From NCBI GenBank assembly GCA_964188305.1, contig OZ076885.1: a DNA stretch of 64,000 nucleotides; one strand, written 5' to 3'. This DNA is from Podarcis bocagei (taxonomy: Eukaryota). Of the stretch, positions 20,482 to 34,343 are shown one piece after another (within the stretch, counting starts at the first letter, position 1; every line of letters begins with the position of its first letter). The translations under genes were made by a program, and so were the position numbers. The notes below the pieces were generated by a model, which ran no database searches, had not been told where the DNA came from, and was given only the letters and a program-made list of their open reading frames with translations.

Positions 20482-20867
20482 GGGGACTTGGGTAGAGCAG
20501 TGGTTTAAACCACTGAGCCTCTTGGGCTTGCTGATTGGAACGTCAGCAGTTCGAATCCCTGCAACGGGGTGAGCTCCTGTTGCTCTGTTCCAGCTTCTGC
20601 CAACCTAGAAGTTTGAAAGCATGCCAGTACAAGTAGATAAATACGTACCACTGTGGAAGGAAGGTAAACAGTGTTTCCGTGCGCTCTGGCACTCATCATG
20701 GTGTTCCATTGTGCCAGAAACGGTTTAGTCATGCTGGCCACATGACCTGGAAAGCTGTCTGTGGACAAACGCTGACTCCCTTAGTCTGAAAAGCGAGATG
20801 ATTGCTGCACCCCATAGTCACCTTTGACTGGACTAAACCATCCAGCGGTGCTTTACATACATACCTT
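20482..20867 (+). mobile_element. Sauria SINE
   Basis: Homologous to 963-1340; flanking repeat TAATCCGTAACA at 20463-20474 and 20868-20879. Confidence 0.88.
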
Positions 20868-23800
20868 TAATCCGTAACACCACTGGACCTTAGCCATGCT
20901 ACAGCCATGTTGGATGAGGACAGCATGAAAATGAAAAAGAATGCTAGGACTGAAAACTTTCTATTAAATACTTTGCCCTGATTGAAATAAACATGTAGCT
21001 TGAAATACAATTCAGCTCCCATACAACAAATCAGTCTCTCATTCAAAAGGGGAAATTCACAGAAAAGAAATAATCCTCAAAAACTATGAAGCAAAATCAA
21101 TGTTATCCTGTAATATATAAACTTGTCATTCATCTGAGCCAAAAATCTGATCTCAGTTCAGCCACTATGAATGCAGCCAAAAAAATGAAAGTCCTTTTAG
21201 AGCTATACTTCTGCCATCAAGGTGGAGAATGAACAAACTTCCCCTATATTGCAGCCCAGAAATCCTTCTCAGCATGTCCATTTTTGGTGTGGGAGAGAAG
21301 AGAAGCAAAGTCAAGATGAAATATTGGGAGTCACTCATTCTTTCCAGGTGTACATGTGCCAAGTAGTGCAATAATGATAAAATCCCAGCATTACAAAATA
21401 ATGAAGAAATGTTTCAGTTTGGGAACTATGTCCCATTTCTGTGGCATTCCTTATAGCAGTAATAAAACTTGTCACTCCTTTGGCCTCTTTGAACACAATG
21501 GGCAGCAATACCAAGGAGATGTGGAAAGCAGCTGAGGAAGCAGTTTACACCAGAAGCCTTAAATCCTGCTGTTGAGGAAAGTCTACTCTGCATGTAGAGA
21601 ATTTGGGAGTGCTTTCTTCACATGGCTTATATGGTTGTGATTCTCCCGAAAGCCTCTCATTTAGAAAGCCTCTCATTTACTTGCTTTAGTTTCCAGTGTC
21701 ATAAAATACAAGCAAATTCATTTTTGGTGAATTATTGTTCCAAGCGCTTAGAATCAGCCACACTGGGCTTTGCAATCAACTGATCTTTCTGGAATCCTCA
21801 ACAAACCCAGTTTGCATGTCAACACAGACCTGAGGAAAGCTAAAAACATGAGTTTCTGATTCTGCTTCCCCAGCCTCTACAGGACATATTTCAGATCATC
21901 CGAGGCTCAGGACAGCAAAAATCCACAACTGCCTCTTGGTCAGAGGAAGTGAAGCACACTCTTCAAGCACACTGGTGCTTTCCCCATTTCTGGGCACAGT
22001 ACTGATTGATTTCTGGTGCCAATAATGGTTTCTTGGAAATTATAGGAATCTGTATACCAACCCAAGGGTGCTGGAATGCCACCAGTCCATCAACAGGTTA
22101 AAGTTTGCCAAGACTGATGCCTCACATTATAGTTGTTTAAAACCTGAGGCAAGGAACCCTTCTGAGACTGTTTTATTAGAACTTTTTTCAGATGCCAAAA
22201 GTGAAAGAGGTGATGTTAAAAGCAGCTCAAACTCTAAACTAGTTTGCCATTTTGGCAATGCGCACGTTTGTGAGTAAGCACTGTCAGAGGGCCAATTCTG
22301 AAAAAATAAAAAGTTTTTTTCTACCCTCCACAGGAGTGCTTCATTCCCACGGAGTAACACACATGGCTGTAAATCCACATGTATCTTTCAGGAATCTTCC
22401 ATAAGCAGGAAACAGCAGGAGCCCAGTTTCCCGCTTTCCAAACCTTCTTTAAGAATCCATCTGGACTCTCAGGCTTTGCTAGCCCTGGCATTTCCTGCAA
22501 GCTTCTCCCCATAGGAATCATTCCAACAGAAATCCTGGGGAGAAACACATTATGTTGGGGGCAGTTTCAAGAACTTAACCAAGTGGCTGCCCTACACTTA
22601 TTTCCCAAGAATGACCAGTTTTCCAACACATTGAATTGGCTGTGATGAGGTCAACCGCATTTCTGCTAACAGTATCCAACTTTCAATATACGTGTGCCTG
22701 TTATTAGCTGTAGATCAAGAGCTGGTGAGACATTTCTATGCTAGCTCTTAGTGTGGAACAAATCTCAGGAATACAGACTCCCGTAGTGGGCCTTTAGTCA
22801 TGCCAAGAACTGGGGCCAGATGAAGAATATTCATGTGAGGAGACCCAGGGGTAGTGGAGGCATAATTTCCCCCAGGTGCTTCTTATTATGATCATCATCA
22901 TCATCATTTAGAGATACTTTTTAAAAGAATGAGCTCTGTCTGTAAAAAGCACTTGAGGTTATTTCTGCCTGTTCAACTGTACTTTTGCAAAAATTGCACA
23001 TGACAGATAATATTATGTGGGCTCTGCATATGATGAAACCAAGCATTTACCCTTCTCTTTATGTTGAAAGGAAAAGCAAAATAACTGGGAGCTTTTGTCC
23101 TCCCTCACACTTTGTTGTGAGTCCAAAAAGAGGGAAAGATACCTGGGCTAGGATTTACTAAGGATTCCTCCATTAAAGAAGCAGCTTGTTCACACTAATA
23201 AAACGATTTTCAGATGTAAAATGGGCAAAACATTTCATATATGGCATTCCATTTGACCAACCACTACATTCTTCAGAGAAAAATGAGTCCCTATTCTGTC
23301 TGCTTGTTTCACTGACAGATTCCTGTTGTCCAAGGTAGCCCCTTTACTGTAAAACCATGTAGTCATTTTTATTCTGGAAGCGTGTTTGTTCATCTTGAAA
23401 AGCTTCAGCCTAAAGAGGCCTGAACAGTACTACAGGATTCCTGTTTCAACCTGCCTGGAGCCCTGATCAGGATTATTCATTTTAGGAGCATTATGTAACA
23501 GATTCCACAGCCATGGAATTAATCTAGGTTTGCAAATAGCCACTTGCCTATGACGGGCTTCCAGGCAATTAAATAGGAAAGCTCTTCAAGAGCCACAAAA
23601 AACTGAAGATCAGTGTGTGTGGACAAGCAGGAAAGTTTTTTGTTTTTTTAAAAAAATGGGCTAGTAACTGTGAGTTGTTATTTGCAAGGCTGCATTAGAC
23701 ATTCAGAACCAATCTGCTTTTGTTCCATTCAACTTCCTTCTTATTATAACGTAGAGAAGAAAAGCTGGCTGTGAGCTGCATTTGAAGGATTTTGCTATTC

Positions 23801-24185
23801 AGTACCTTACGCCTGGAGTTAATTACTGTCCCATACCACCCAGTGTTTATTCTCCTCTCACCTTCAGTCTCTTCATGGCCTAAAGGGAATAGCAGAAACT
23901 TGCCTGATTAAGGTTTGTTTTGATACTTGTAAGTTAATATTCAGATGCTAAGCCACGAAAGGGGAAGAGGGACATCCCAAGAGGATTTTCTTATTACAGC
24001 TGTCAGTTGAGAAACCTATTGGGTAGGGGGGTTTGTGTGTGTGCATGTGCAAACACACGTGTGTCCTAACAACTACCTTTCCACAATTGAATGTTTGCTG
24101 GTGGTACTTGGGAAGATCAGTAAGGAGTACAGTTGCCAGACTGTGATATTCTCTAACGCCATACACATAGACAGACATGTGCCTT

Positions 24186-24189
<4 letters not shown>

Positions 24190-24228
<39 letters not shown>
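24190..24228. repeat. (TG)n microsatellite
   Basis: Direct reading. Confidence 0.95.
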
Positions 24229-24231
<3 letters not shown>

Positions 24232-26645
24232 CAGGTCTGACTTTGCCTTTTCCAGAGCACATGGACAGATCCTTCCAGAAGTTATGCTCAATGTGTGTAT
24301 GGAGTGGAATCAAGAGCAGGAGCCATGATCCTACTACAGCTCTGCACATCTTAACTGGAAAATGTGTATAGTCGTTATGTTAAAAACATGGACTAAACGA
24401 TATCTGAAATGTAGTACACTAGCTTGCATGGTTTGCTATTTCATGCTTCCCCCAATGTTTTGTTTTGTTTTTGGTATGCCAGTACATAACACAAAAATAC
24501 AGAGGGATTAAATAACGACACATTTCAACAATTACATTCCTTTTGTATTAGAAACGAAGCTGCAAGCTACACCCTAGCTGGTAAAATGGAAGGTGGGTGG
24601 CAGACAGTATTGTCAGATTTGCTATGTAACATACAGGACTCCTTCCCTGTCTTCCTGCTTTTTTTCCATTGCAATTGCCATACTTATTCAGTCAAAAAAG
24701 TGCATGTGAAAACCATTGTGCATTGACCCTGGTTGTATAATTGAAACCCATATAAAATTGAGAAATTGGCTGTGAATGTGGGGCATTGCGCATCAGATTT
24801 TACACACGTACAACCCACTCAAACAGCATGCAAATCTGGGGATGCCCAGCTGCTTCAGAGGATAGTGACAGAGGGTGCAGAGGAAAGAAAGGTGCACTCT
24901 CTCTCTCAACCCCACAATCCCATGCTTAGGACAGCAATCCGCACAAGTATATTATCCTGTCTGGTCCATTGTAGTAAAGAAAACTAAGGTATACTATTGG
25001 GGCTCTGAATCGGAGGAAGATTCTTAAGCAGTGCCCTAGATGAAGTTTGAACTGCAACTCCCATCAGCCCTATCCAGCATGGCCCATGCTCAGGGGATGA
25101 TGGGAGTTGTAGTTTAAAGCATGGGGAAGGTATCAGGTTGGGGAAGTCAACCCTAGCACATGGCATTCAGAAGTATGCTGTCTCTGCACCTGGAGATTAC
25201 ATTCAGCTGTTCTGGCTAACAGCAGCAAATAGATCTGACTTCCTCAACCTAGTGTCCTCCACATGTTGGACCACAGCTCTTACCAGTCCTGGTCAGCATG
25301 GCCAACTGTCAAGGGTGATGAGACTTGTAGTTCAAAACATCAGGAAGACACCAAAACTTCAGGCTGAGGGAGGCTGTAACAGACCTATACTGTCTGAATT
25401 TGTTTAATCTCCTTTGAAGCAATCTGAGCTAGGTTTCTGGGGGCATCTGGGCAAGTTACTCTCATTGCCCACTCAAGCCTACCTTCACTCAAAGGAAAGA
25501 GCACCCAACAGCTGATTTGCACTGCAGGAATGCTTTCACTCCATAATTTGATTCCGAAGTTTTGATTTCACAGCTTCAGTCCTTTCTTGGCAGTGGTGAC
25601 AGTGGAACAAATGTTTTGCAGTAGTAGCTGTATCCTTGTTTGGAATGCTTTCAGAAGAGATCCTGTGAGAAGTCCGGGGGGGATGGGGATGGGAAGACAT
25701 TAGTTTATATTTACTACTGGAGCTGTGCAGAAGTGGACTCTCAAAAGTCTCCATCCTATTTGCAGGCAAAGAAATGGCAGCCACCATTTCACCAAATTCT
25801 CCAGCCCAACCTGGAAAAACTGGGGGTCTTCAGCCCCCTCCATGTCTGTTGGGCCAGGGCTGAGGGGCCTCCTTCCAACTATCAGCTTCCTCCTGATGTG
25901 ACAGTCACACATGCTGAGGGGGCAGAGGAGGCTGAGCGCAGGCCTCTTGAGTTGGAGGTGACCATATACCCAAACCCCCAAAACCTGGAGTGGTGGCAAA
26001 AGGACAGCTCCCCTTCCTGTCACTGCTGCTGTGGCATCTCTGCCTCTGCAGCGCCTCCCAGTCCAGCCTCTGGGGCAGGGTGAGTTGGGACTACAAGTCC
26101 CATCATGCCTCGCCCCAGTCTGCCCCTTCTACTGAGCTCACTTCCTCCACAGGGCCAGTCACGCTCAGCCTCCTCCCGCTTTCGGCATCCTCACAATGCA
26201 ACAGCCACACATGTTATGGGTGCCTGCCGGGGTTCCCCAATGTTGGGCACAACTCGGCGCCTCTCGTTCCCTTACAGCTTTATCCTCCATACCCAGTCAT
26301 ACATTTCATGGCTTCCCATTCTTCCTGCTAGAAGAGGTGCTTGTCTTTGTGCGATATCCCTAGTTTCAGGCTGGTTTGCAGGAAAACCAGGAACCAAAAT
26401 GGGCAACTCGTGTGTGCAGGAAGAGACGTTTGCTTTCCTGTTTACAGATATGGTGCATCAATCTAGTCTGTGCTGTTCACGGTTATGCCAGCCATGGGAA
26501 TCCTGAACTAGGCTTGGTCTGTTACTTAATGTGAGTATGGTTTATGGGCTTACAAGGTCTCCAGATTACGATACCTTAGCCTAGCATCAATGCCAGCACA
26601 AAGGCCAATGCGGAAGTTCCCTGAAACTAGTTTATGGCAGGAAAA

Positions 26646-26676
<31 letters not shown>

Positions 26677-27079
26677 AAATCCTCCTCAAAGTTACTTGTG
26701 GTTGTTTTCACTCCATGCAAATGGGAGCACACAACATGAATTATTCCAAAAACAGAAAAGAACAGCATTAAAAGAATGGAGCCATCAGGGAAAAGTCAAA
26801 TCCAGGACACAACTAAGAGCAGCCACAGAAGGCAGGGAGTAACATCAACAGCAACATATTAACAGGGAAATTGGGTTATTTCAAAGGGAATAGGAAATGA
26901 AAAACTGACCTAAAATATTTCTCAACTACAAGAAATTATTTTTGAATTGGACTTCTAGTCAGGATTTTGTAGAAATTGATCAAGATTTTTCGTCGTCAAT
27001 TTCTTCACATGTGTGAGTCTTTGGCACTGTTAATGCTAAGGTTGAAGACACCCCTCTATTAATCTACATTAACTCATTA

Positions 27080-27309
27080 CAGTGGTGCCTCGCAAGACGA
27101 AATTAATTCGTTCCGCAAGTTTTGCCGTCTAGCGAATTTTTCGTCTTGCGAAGCACGGTTTAAACGGCTTAACAAAGTCGCAAGACGTTTTCGTCTTGCG
27201 AAGCAAGCCCGTAGGGAAATTCGTCTTGCGAGGCAAATCGCGGACGAAAAAACCTTTCGTCTAGCGAGTTTTTTGTCTTGCGAGGCATTCGTCTTGCGAG
27301 GTACCACTG
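27080..27309. mobile_element. Tc1/mariner (Tigger-like) MITE, CGCAAGACGAA family
   Basis: TIR CAGTGGTGCCTCGCAAGACGAA / TTCGTCTTGCGAGGTACCACTG; TA TSD; internal TTCGTCTTGCGA repeats; related to 62240-62593. Confidence 0.9.
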
Positions 27310-28405
27310 TATTGGCTTTTGTACAGATGCTTCTGCTGGTTAGGCTGGTGGCTGAAGTAACTTATTTGGCTCCCCCGTTTCTGCAATGAGAAGCTAATGG
27401 CACTGTACTGTTTTAATGACTCCGTTGCTTCCACCCATGGTACTTCACAGTTGACGGAAGAATCCATCAGAGGCAGAGATTGTATTACTCTAGACTGCTT
27501 TGGCCTGCTTGTAGCAGTTGTGTTGGTTGCCGAAGTGGCCACTGGGGAGGACAGTGGTTGGCCTCTCTCATAGTAAAAAGGAGACCAATTGGGTTGATCT
27601 CCTTTCTGGTTTGGAACTTGCCTCTTGGTGGGAATGTCTTGCCCACATGAGGTTTGATTACATTCTCAATCAAAGGACTGAAAGACTGAAAGGAAGCCAT
27701 GCTGATCTATTGAGGTCTACCAACCCCAGTTATGTATACAAAAGCGGGATCTTATAGTTTCACCTGCTTAGTTTGCATATTGGGAAGAAACAAGCTGTGC
27801 CACGAGGGTGGGGTGGAATCTGTTGGGAAGGTTGCTACTGCTCACCGGAAGGCAAGGAGGGGGGGCAGTGGCGAGGTCAATGCTGTGTAAATACAGTGGC
27901 AGGAGTGCCAGACTGGCACCACCAGTGTGTCTGCACCACATTGATTTCACTTCTGCCTCACTCCTTCTCTCCAGGGGACATGACTGACATGATTGACCAA
28001 AGAGGTGCCTCACTACATAGCTTGCTATTGGATTGCAGGGAGTAGCTCCATTGCTATGAGAAGCCAACAAAGGCAGAATATTCTGCTGGGGGTAATTCAG
28101 CAATCATAAATTTACTGTGTCATTTTTGAAAAGGGAAATAGCAATGATTTATAAATGCAGGGCAGCATTCAACTAAGTTTTATTCAAGTGTAAACCTACT
28201 GAAATTAATGGATGTGGCTGAGGGCCATTGATTTCAGTGAGTTTGAGGAAAACTTTATTGAATCCCATCCACAGTAGTTTAAAAATGTTGTGTTCCTGGT
28301 ACTCTATTTACAGTAGGTAAATTATGTCATGTGACAAAGGTCTTTAAGAGCAGAAGCAGTAAAGGGTTGGAAAATGCTGAAAAGTGCAGATTCATTCTTC
28401 TAGCT

Positions 28406-28541
28406 CAGGCTTCCTCAACCTTGGCCTTCCAGATGTTTTTGGCCTACAACTCCCATGATCCCTAGCTAGCAGGACCAGTGGTCAGGGATGATGGGAATTG
28501 TAGTCTCAAAACATCTGGAGGGCCGAGGTTGAGGAAGCCTG
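28406..28541. mobile_element. URR1/Charlie-like hAT MITE nested in solo LTR
   Basis: TIR CAGGCTTCCTCAACC / GGTTGAGGAAGCCTG; perfect 8-bp TSD TTCTAGCT. Confidence 0.92.
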
Positions 28542-28607
28542 TTCTAGCTGACTCACTCTGACTCATTCCTTATACAGACATTGTTTCAATTACAGGAAGT
28601 CACATGG

Positions 28608-28640
28608 ATACTTACCTGGCAGGGGAGATACCATGATCAC
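28608..28640 (+). pseudogene. RNU1: Tailless U1 snRNA retro-pseudogene (5' 33 nt only)
   Basis: ATACTTACCTGGCAGGGGAGATACCATGATCAC is U1 snRNA nt 1-33; flanked by direct repeat TCACATGGA (28600-28608, 28637-28645). Confidence 0.92.
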
Positions 28641-29644
28641 ATGGAGCCAGGAAGGATAAGTACATGGGCTCAGTGTGCTCTTCTTTTTACTTTGCTCTCT
28701 TCCATTATTGTTTGTACTGTACAGTGTTTGTAAAGAAGTCTGTTTGCCTCAGTAAAGTTTTTCTTTTTTACTGTGAATTTTGACTCTGCGTTTGACTTTG
28801 CTGCGCTACAGATTAATCCTTCATAGGCAAACACAGCACATCATGTTGGTGAGGGAGGGCAGGAAGCAATATCACTGCATGTAGGATCTTGTATGAAGAT
28901 TCTTTAGCCTAGGCCCTAGACAAATAGAAGATATGGATTTTGGATAGGTTCTGTGACCAAAGGGCCTATAAGTGCATAGAGGTTGCAGCAGGGCCCCAAT
29001 CCTCCATCCATGCCTTTCTTCATATCAGAAGGAATAAGCAAACAGAGCTTATGTTTATATATAATGTCGTACAGAAGGCATAGGGGCTAAATTGCTCTGT
29101 TATCCTAAAAGTTCATTGCTCCCAAACAGCTTTTAGTCTAGTCTGTAGATAGCTTCTTAGCAAAACCTTCTGTGAAGTATTTGAAAAATGAAAACCAACG
29201 GGCATTTTTACGTTTTAAAAAAGTTTGGATAAATGTTTGAAAGTGTTTGTATTTTCATTGCAGAATTACTTCCATAGTAGGTATGAGCACAAAAGCACCA
29301 TATAAAAGCACACAAACTGTGGAATATAGAAACTATATAACAGATAAACCCAGACATATGTACCAGACACTACAGCTACAATTAAGGACATTACCCATTC
29401 CTCCCTCTAGATCATTGAATTAATCGTCCCCTTTAATTGGCTTGGATATAGGAGGAAATAGATTATGGAATATGAGATCTGTTTCCCAAAGATGAGCCCC
29501 AAAATGTGTTTCCAGTAAAACAGATTTACAATTCTACTGTCCATCTCAAAAAGTACCACAGAACAGTGTTATCCAGTGGCCAGATGTTAACTTAAAGTGC
29601 ACATTGTTTGGGGAAAAAAGCTAATTAACAACTTATTAATTGGA

Positions 29645-30166
29645 NNNNNNNNNNNNNNNNNNNNNNNNNNNNNNNNNNNNNNNNNNNNNNNNNNNNNNNN
29701 NNNNNNNNNNNNNNNNNNNNNNNNNNNNNNNNNNNNNNNNNNNNNNNNNNNNNNNNNNNNNNNNNNNNNNNNNNNNNNNNNNNNNNNNNNNNNNNNNNNN
29801 NNNNNNNNNNNNNNNNNNNNNNNNNNNNNNNNNNNNNNNNNNNNNNNNNNNNNNNNNNNNNNNNNNNNNNNNNNNNNNNNNNNNNNNNNNNNNNNNNNNN
29901 NNNNNNNNNNNNNNNNNNNNNNNNNNNNNNNNNNNNNNNNNNNNNNNNNNNNNNNNNNNNNNNNNNNNNNNNNNNNNNNNNNNNNNNNNNNNNNNNNNNN
30001 NNNNNNNNNNNNNNNNNNNNNNNNNNNNNNNNNNNNNNNNNNNNNNNNNNNNNNNNNNNNNNNNNNNNNNNNNNNNNNNNNNNNNNNNNNNNNNNNNNNN
30101 NNNNNNNNNNNNNNNNNNNNNNNNNNNNNNNNNNNNNNNNNNNNNNNNNNNNNNNNNNNNNNNNNN
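29645..30166. other. Assembly gap (522 N)
   Basis: Run of N. Confidence 1.
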
Positions 30167-31386
30167 CTTTCCTTTACAGTAAGACAGAGAAGTTGACCTT
30201 CAAACCATAACACTTTAAAAGATCTACAAAACGTGCAAGGTTAAATCTATTAGTGGCCTGAGGTTAGCTATTATACACTTACAAAAAGTGTGTATTTAGT
30301 GGGTTGAAACTTTGGACATATGATAACAAAACGGGGGTGGGGAGAGAATCCTTATAGATTGTAAGTACTGCTGAGATTATCCCTCAGAACACAGAGATCA
30401 TCATATGTACCAATTGGAAAAAAAATTCTTCATTTCAGGAACTGGAACAAGAATCACAGCTGCAGTGGTAGCATATTGAGTTTGAACTAAGTGCATATAA
30501 TTTCACACATGCGCACACACAGAAGCCTAGGGGAAGTAAACAAGTGTACATGCTACATTTAATTCCAAATACAGACAAGATCAAACCAAGATCTATGGTG
30601 TTTACCCCTGTCAGAAAGTGGGAGTTGATTATAGCACAATTATACAGAGGTACATGTTTGCAAACATATCACATAACATAGATCTGAAAGGTATGGGGTT
30701 ATGGATAATATATTTAAAGCATAGATATTCATATCAGTGTATAATAGCAAAAAAAAAAAAGGATTTGGGGCCTTTTAAAACATAAAAATCTAGGTAGAAG
30801 AGGAAAGAGTTTAAATACTTGCAAGCAGTAATGAAAATCAAAAGCCAGATTACCTACTTCCAATTTAAGCTTCCTAGTAAGCATCAGGTTTAAACTGAAC
30901 CTATACAAGTAGGATTTCTGCAATCCACTGGACAGGTGGTGAGCTCATTGCAAGGATTTCTCAGTATTAACATTGGACTCATTTGGGCTAACACCAGGCA
31001 TCAGTGACCCTCATCTGGATTTAACACATGACCTGGCAGTCCAGGGATATTATGAGCTAACCACTATGCCATCATTGTTTTTTGAAGGCATTGACTCTTT
31101 TAATATGTCTTCACGGTCATTTGTGCTTTTTCTAGAAGCAAATGTTATTATATGAATGAGGTCTGTTAAGGTGACTAGACTCCCAGATGCCAGCCACAAA
31201 ATAACATCCTCTTGGTCGTCAAAACTACAAGCGAGTCCTGCAACAAAATGTTTCATTATGGGGCACTCCTGCAACTGGTTCTGGCCAGCCATGCCCTTCT
31301 CTAGGAAACTCCAGTTCCACCCACTCCTAGTTTTCCATATTTTGCCTTCTATCCAAGAGATATTCAGCATTCAGTGCTCATTGGAA

Positions 31387-31638
31387 CAGGGGTAGGCAAC
31401 CTAAGGCCCGGGGGCTGGATGTGGCCCATTCGCCTTCTAAATCCGGCCTGTGGACAGTCTAGGAATCAGCGTGTTTCTACATGAGTAGAATGTATCCTTT
31501 TATTTAAAATGCATCTCTGGGTTATTTGTGGGGCATAGGAATTCATTCATTTTCCCCCCTCCAAAATATAGTCCGGCCCACTACATGGTCTGAGGGACGG
31601 TGGACCGGCCCACGGCTGAAAAAGGTTGCTGACCCCTG
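31387..31638. mobile_element. hAT (Charlie-like) MITE
   Basis: TIR CAGGGGTAGGCAACCT / AGGTTGCTGACCCCTG; 8-bp TSD CATTGGAA/CATTGGAC. Confidence 0.88.
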
Positions 31639-31767
31639 CATTGGACCCTCTTTCCCCCTAACAATATTAGTACTTCTGCAACTTGGATTTCCCATGAGCA
31701 TGCTGGCGTCTGCTCTTGCTTCACGATGCCCGCCCCCTGCCTATAATCCTTCCAGTACTCATTAGCT

Positions 31768-32121
31768 GGTAAAGGTAAAGGGACCCCTGACCGTTAGGTC
31801 CAGTCGTGGCCGACTCTGGGGTTGCGGCGTTCATCTCGCTTTATTGGCCAAAGGAACCAGCGTACAGCTTCCGGGTCATGTGGCCAGCATGACTAAGCCG
31901 CTTCTGGCGAACCAGAGCAGCGCACGGAGACACCGTTTACCTTCCCGCTGGAGCGGTACCTATTTATCTACTTGCACTTTGACGTGCTTTCAAACTGCTA
32001 GGTTGGCAGGAGCAGGGACCGAACAATGGGAGATCACCCAATCGCGGGGATTCGAACCGCCGATCTTCTGATCGGCAAGCCCTGGGCTCTGTGGTTTAAC
32101 CCACAGCACCACCCGTGTCCC
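31768..32121 (-). mobile_element. Sauria SINE
   Basis: Reverse copy closely similar to 8669-9026. Confidence 0.92.
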
Positions 32122-34303
32122 TCACGTAAAATGATACCTGAGGGGATTATTTTGCCGACAGGGAAGGATTGTGTAGATCCTGAATGCCCAGCATTCTACA
32201 TGCTCATCAAAACTCATGAACTGTGGCCAAGAGATATGACACACTGGGGCACCTGCACATCACATTTGTGGCTTTCTCTCTTAGGAGCCCAGAGAACCTT
32301 CCTTAAGTTTGAAAAGCAGTTTAGGAGATTCAGCATGGAAACAGGTAAACCAGAAAATTATGGACTCTCCTGCCCAATCTCCAACTGGTGATTTTTTTAA
32401 AAAAAGGTTTTTTGTGTGTGTGGTAAGAAAATGTTCAAATACAAAATGGAACAACTCAACAATGATGAGACATACCATGTCATGGAAGATCGCTCCAGAG
32501 AAGAGAACATCTAAGGTTCTCTTCTTGGGTGTGTTAAATGGCTGGAGATATTTTGATGACTTCAGATTCGTGGTAGAAGTTTAAATCAGTTGCTGGAACT
32601 TCAGGGGAAAGTTGCTCTTCAATCTTTTGGGGTTGTTGCATGTGCTGCAGAGGCACACGCTGCCAATAGGACCTGAGAGCTCAAAGGTAGCAATGTTGTA
32701 CCATGTGCAAATAATTACATTTTGAAATCACCATGCAAAACAAATGTGTCTTTCCCCCCCTTGCATATATCTGATCAGCTATATTTGTCAGCATGTCCGT
32801 ATGTTGGTGTAGATGGTATGAGCATGCATATATAAAAAATAAAATATCTTTTCTCCCCCTGCGCTCCTTTGCTGTCCCACCCAGTAGGAGATTATGAAAT
32901 GCTGGGGTTAACTGTCAGATGCTTTACTCTTCTAAAAACCTTTGCTTTTTAAACTAAATGCTTTCTTATCTTTTTAATTTAACATAGTCCCACATTTCTT
33001 CTTTGAAGTAATTTTGGGCTATCTGATAACATATAATGGAAAACATGTTTATGTCTTCAACCAGTTCGTGTTGCATATTTCAAATGCTTAGAACAACAAT
33101 TTTCAGAAGCTTTCATTAAGGTTAATTTTTTAAAAAAACTACATTAAATATGAACAGATTTTCTCACAAACAAAATGCAATGTGTATTTAACAGACTTAT
33201 ATTTGATAAACCACCTCATATAAATGCAAATTTTTGACTTTGTGCCAGAACCAGGTGGTACGGAAAATATTTCTATTAAACAAATAATGCTGGGTGAGCA
33301 AACTCAAAAGTTATGGTTTACTACACTAAGAAAAGAAAGAAAGAAAGATGCTTTTACTCAGGTTACATAGATTTTGTCTCCAGGTATCCCCATGCTTCAA
33401 AAATAAATAAAGTGAGGTGAAAGAAGCACAAAATGAGATATGGACCTCTGATGTGAATTGTGTGTATATGCAAATACCCACGTGTGTGTGCGCGCATGTG
33501 TGTGTGCGCGCTTGAGCAAAACTGAAACTATTTCTGGTATCCTACATAGTTATTGATCTGCTCTGCAGGGCCCTAATTCTTCCTAGGAGATGAGCAAACA
33601 AAACTTTCATATGGGAACAAGTGAGTTTCAGATCCACTCAGTTGCACCCCAAAGGCCAACCTGGAGATTTTTCTTTACAATGTATTCTAAAGATGTCTAG
33701 GCTTATACAGCAAGTATTTAACCCCCCCCCCTTTTTTAAGAGATGGAAAACTACAGTACTTGGATATCTAACGTATCTCACTGGCAGAGAAGTTATGTCC
33801 TTTAAAAAAATCTTCTACCTCATGTTGATTTGTGAGAGTTGGAAAATTTGCACATGATGGGATAATATGCTTGGAAAATCCAGATAAAGCAATGGAAATA
33901 AAAGGTGACCACTGTCCCACACAAGGCGACCCACCAAAAGGCATGTCTCTATGATAAACTGTTTACATTATGGAGCTAATGAAGTTCAGAGTGTGGCTTA
34001 AATGAAATGCTTTCAATATTAAACTGGCAAAGGCCACCACACACAAAACAAGCAGGAACACCTTAATGCATTATTGTTTCAGAGGATGCTGTTTTCGTAC
34101 ATCCGCACTCTCGGTGTCTGCCAAGTTACAAATGTCACATGAAACGATCCATAAAACCTAGCTAAACTGGCCTAGATTTTGGATTTAATGAAAGCAGACA
34201 GTATGAAAAAAATTAGCTCTTGGAGGTGAAAGAAACCTAACCTGATGATAAAATATAAATAAGCTCTGAATTAATACAATTACATTAAAATGGCTGTTAC
34301 TGG

Positions 34304-34306
<3 letters not shown>

Positions 34307-34342
<36 letters not shown>
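34307..34342. repeat. (CA)n microsatellite
   Basis: Direct reading. Confidence 0.95.

Positions 34343-34343
<1 letters not shown>

Larger units (their letters stand above)
28325..28810 (+). mobile_element. Solo LTR, second family (copy A), with nested hAT MITE and U1 fragment
   Basis: TGTCATGTGACAAAGG...CTGCGCTACA; 5-bp TSD AATTA/GATTA; homologous to 37203-37864, 57471-57855 and 62775-63598. Confidence 0.85.

Noticed and set aside
25640-26506. Cluster of 107-147 aa ORFs in a GC-richer patch
   Set aside because: No domain similarity and overlapping frames on both strands; likely composition-driven or a decayed repeat.
29587-30213. 180-208 aa ORFs
   Set aside because: Artefacts of translating the N gap.
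32472-32672. Minus-strand segment with plausible splice sites
   Set aside because: Stops in all three frames; at most a non-coding exon, unsupported.
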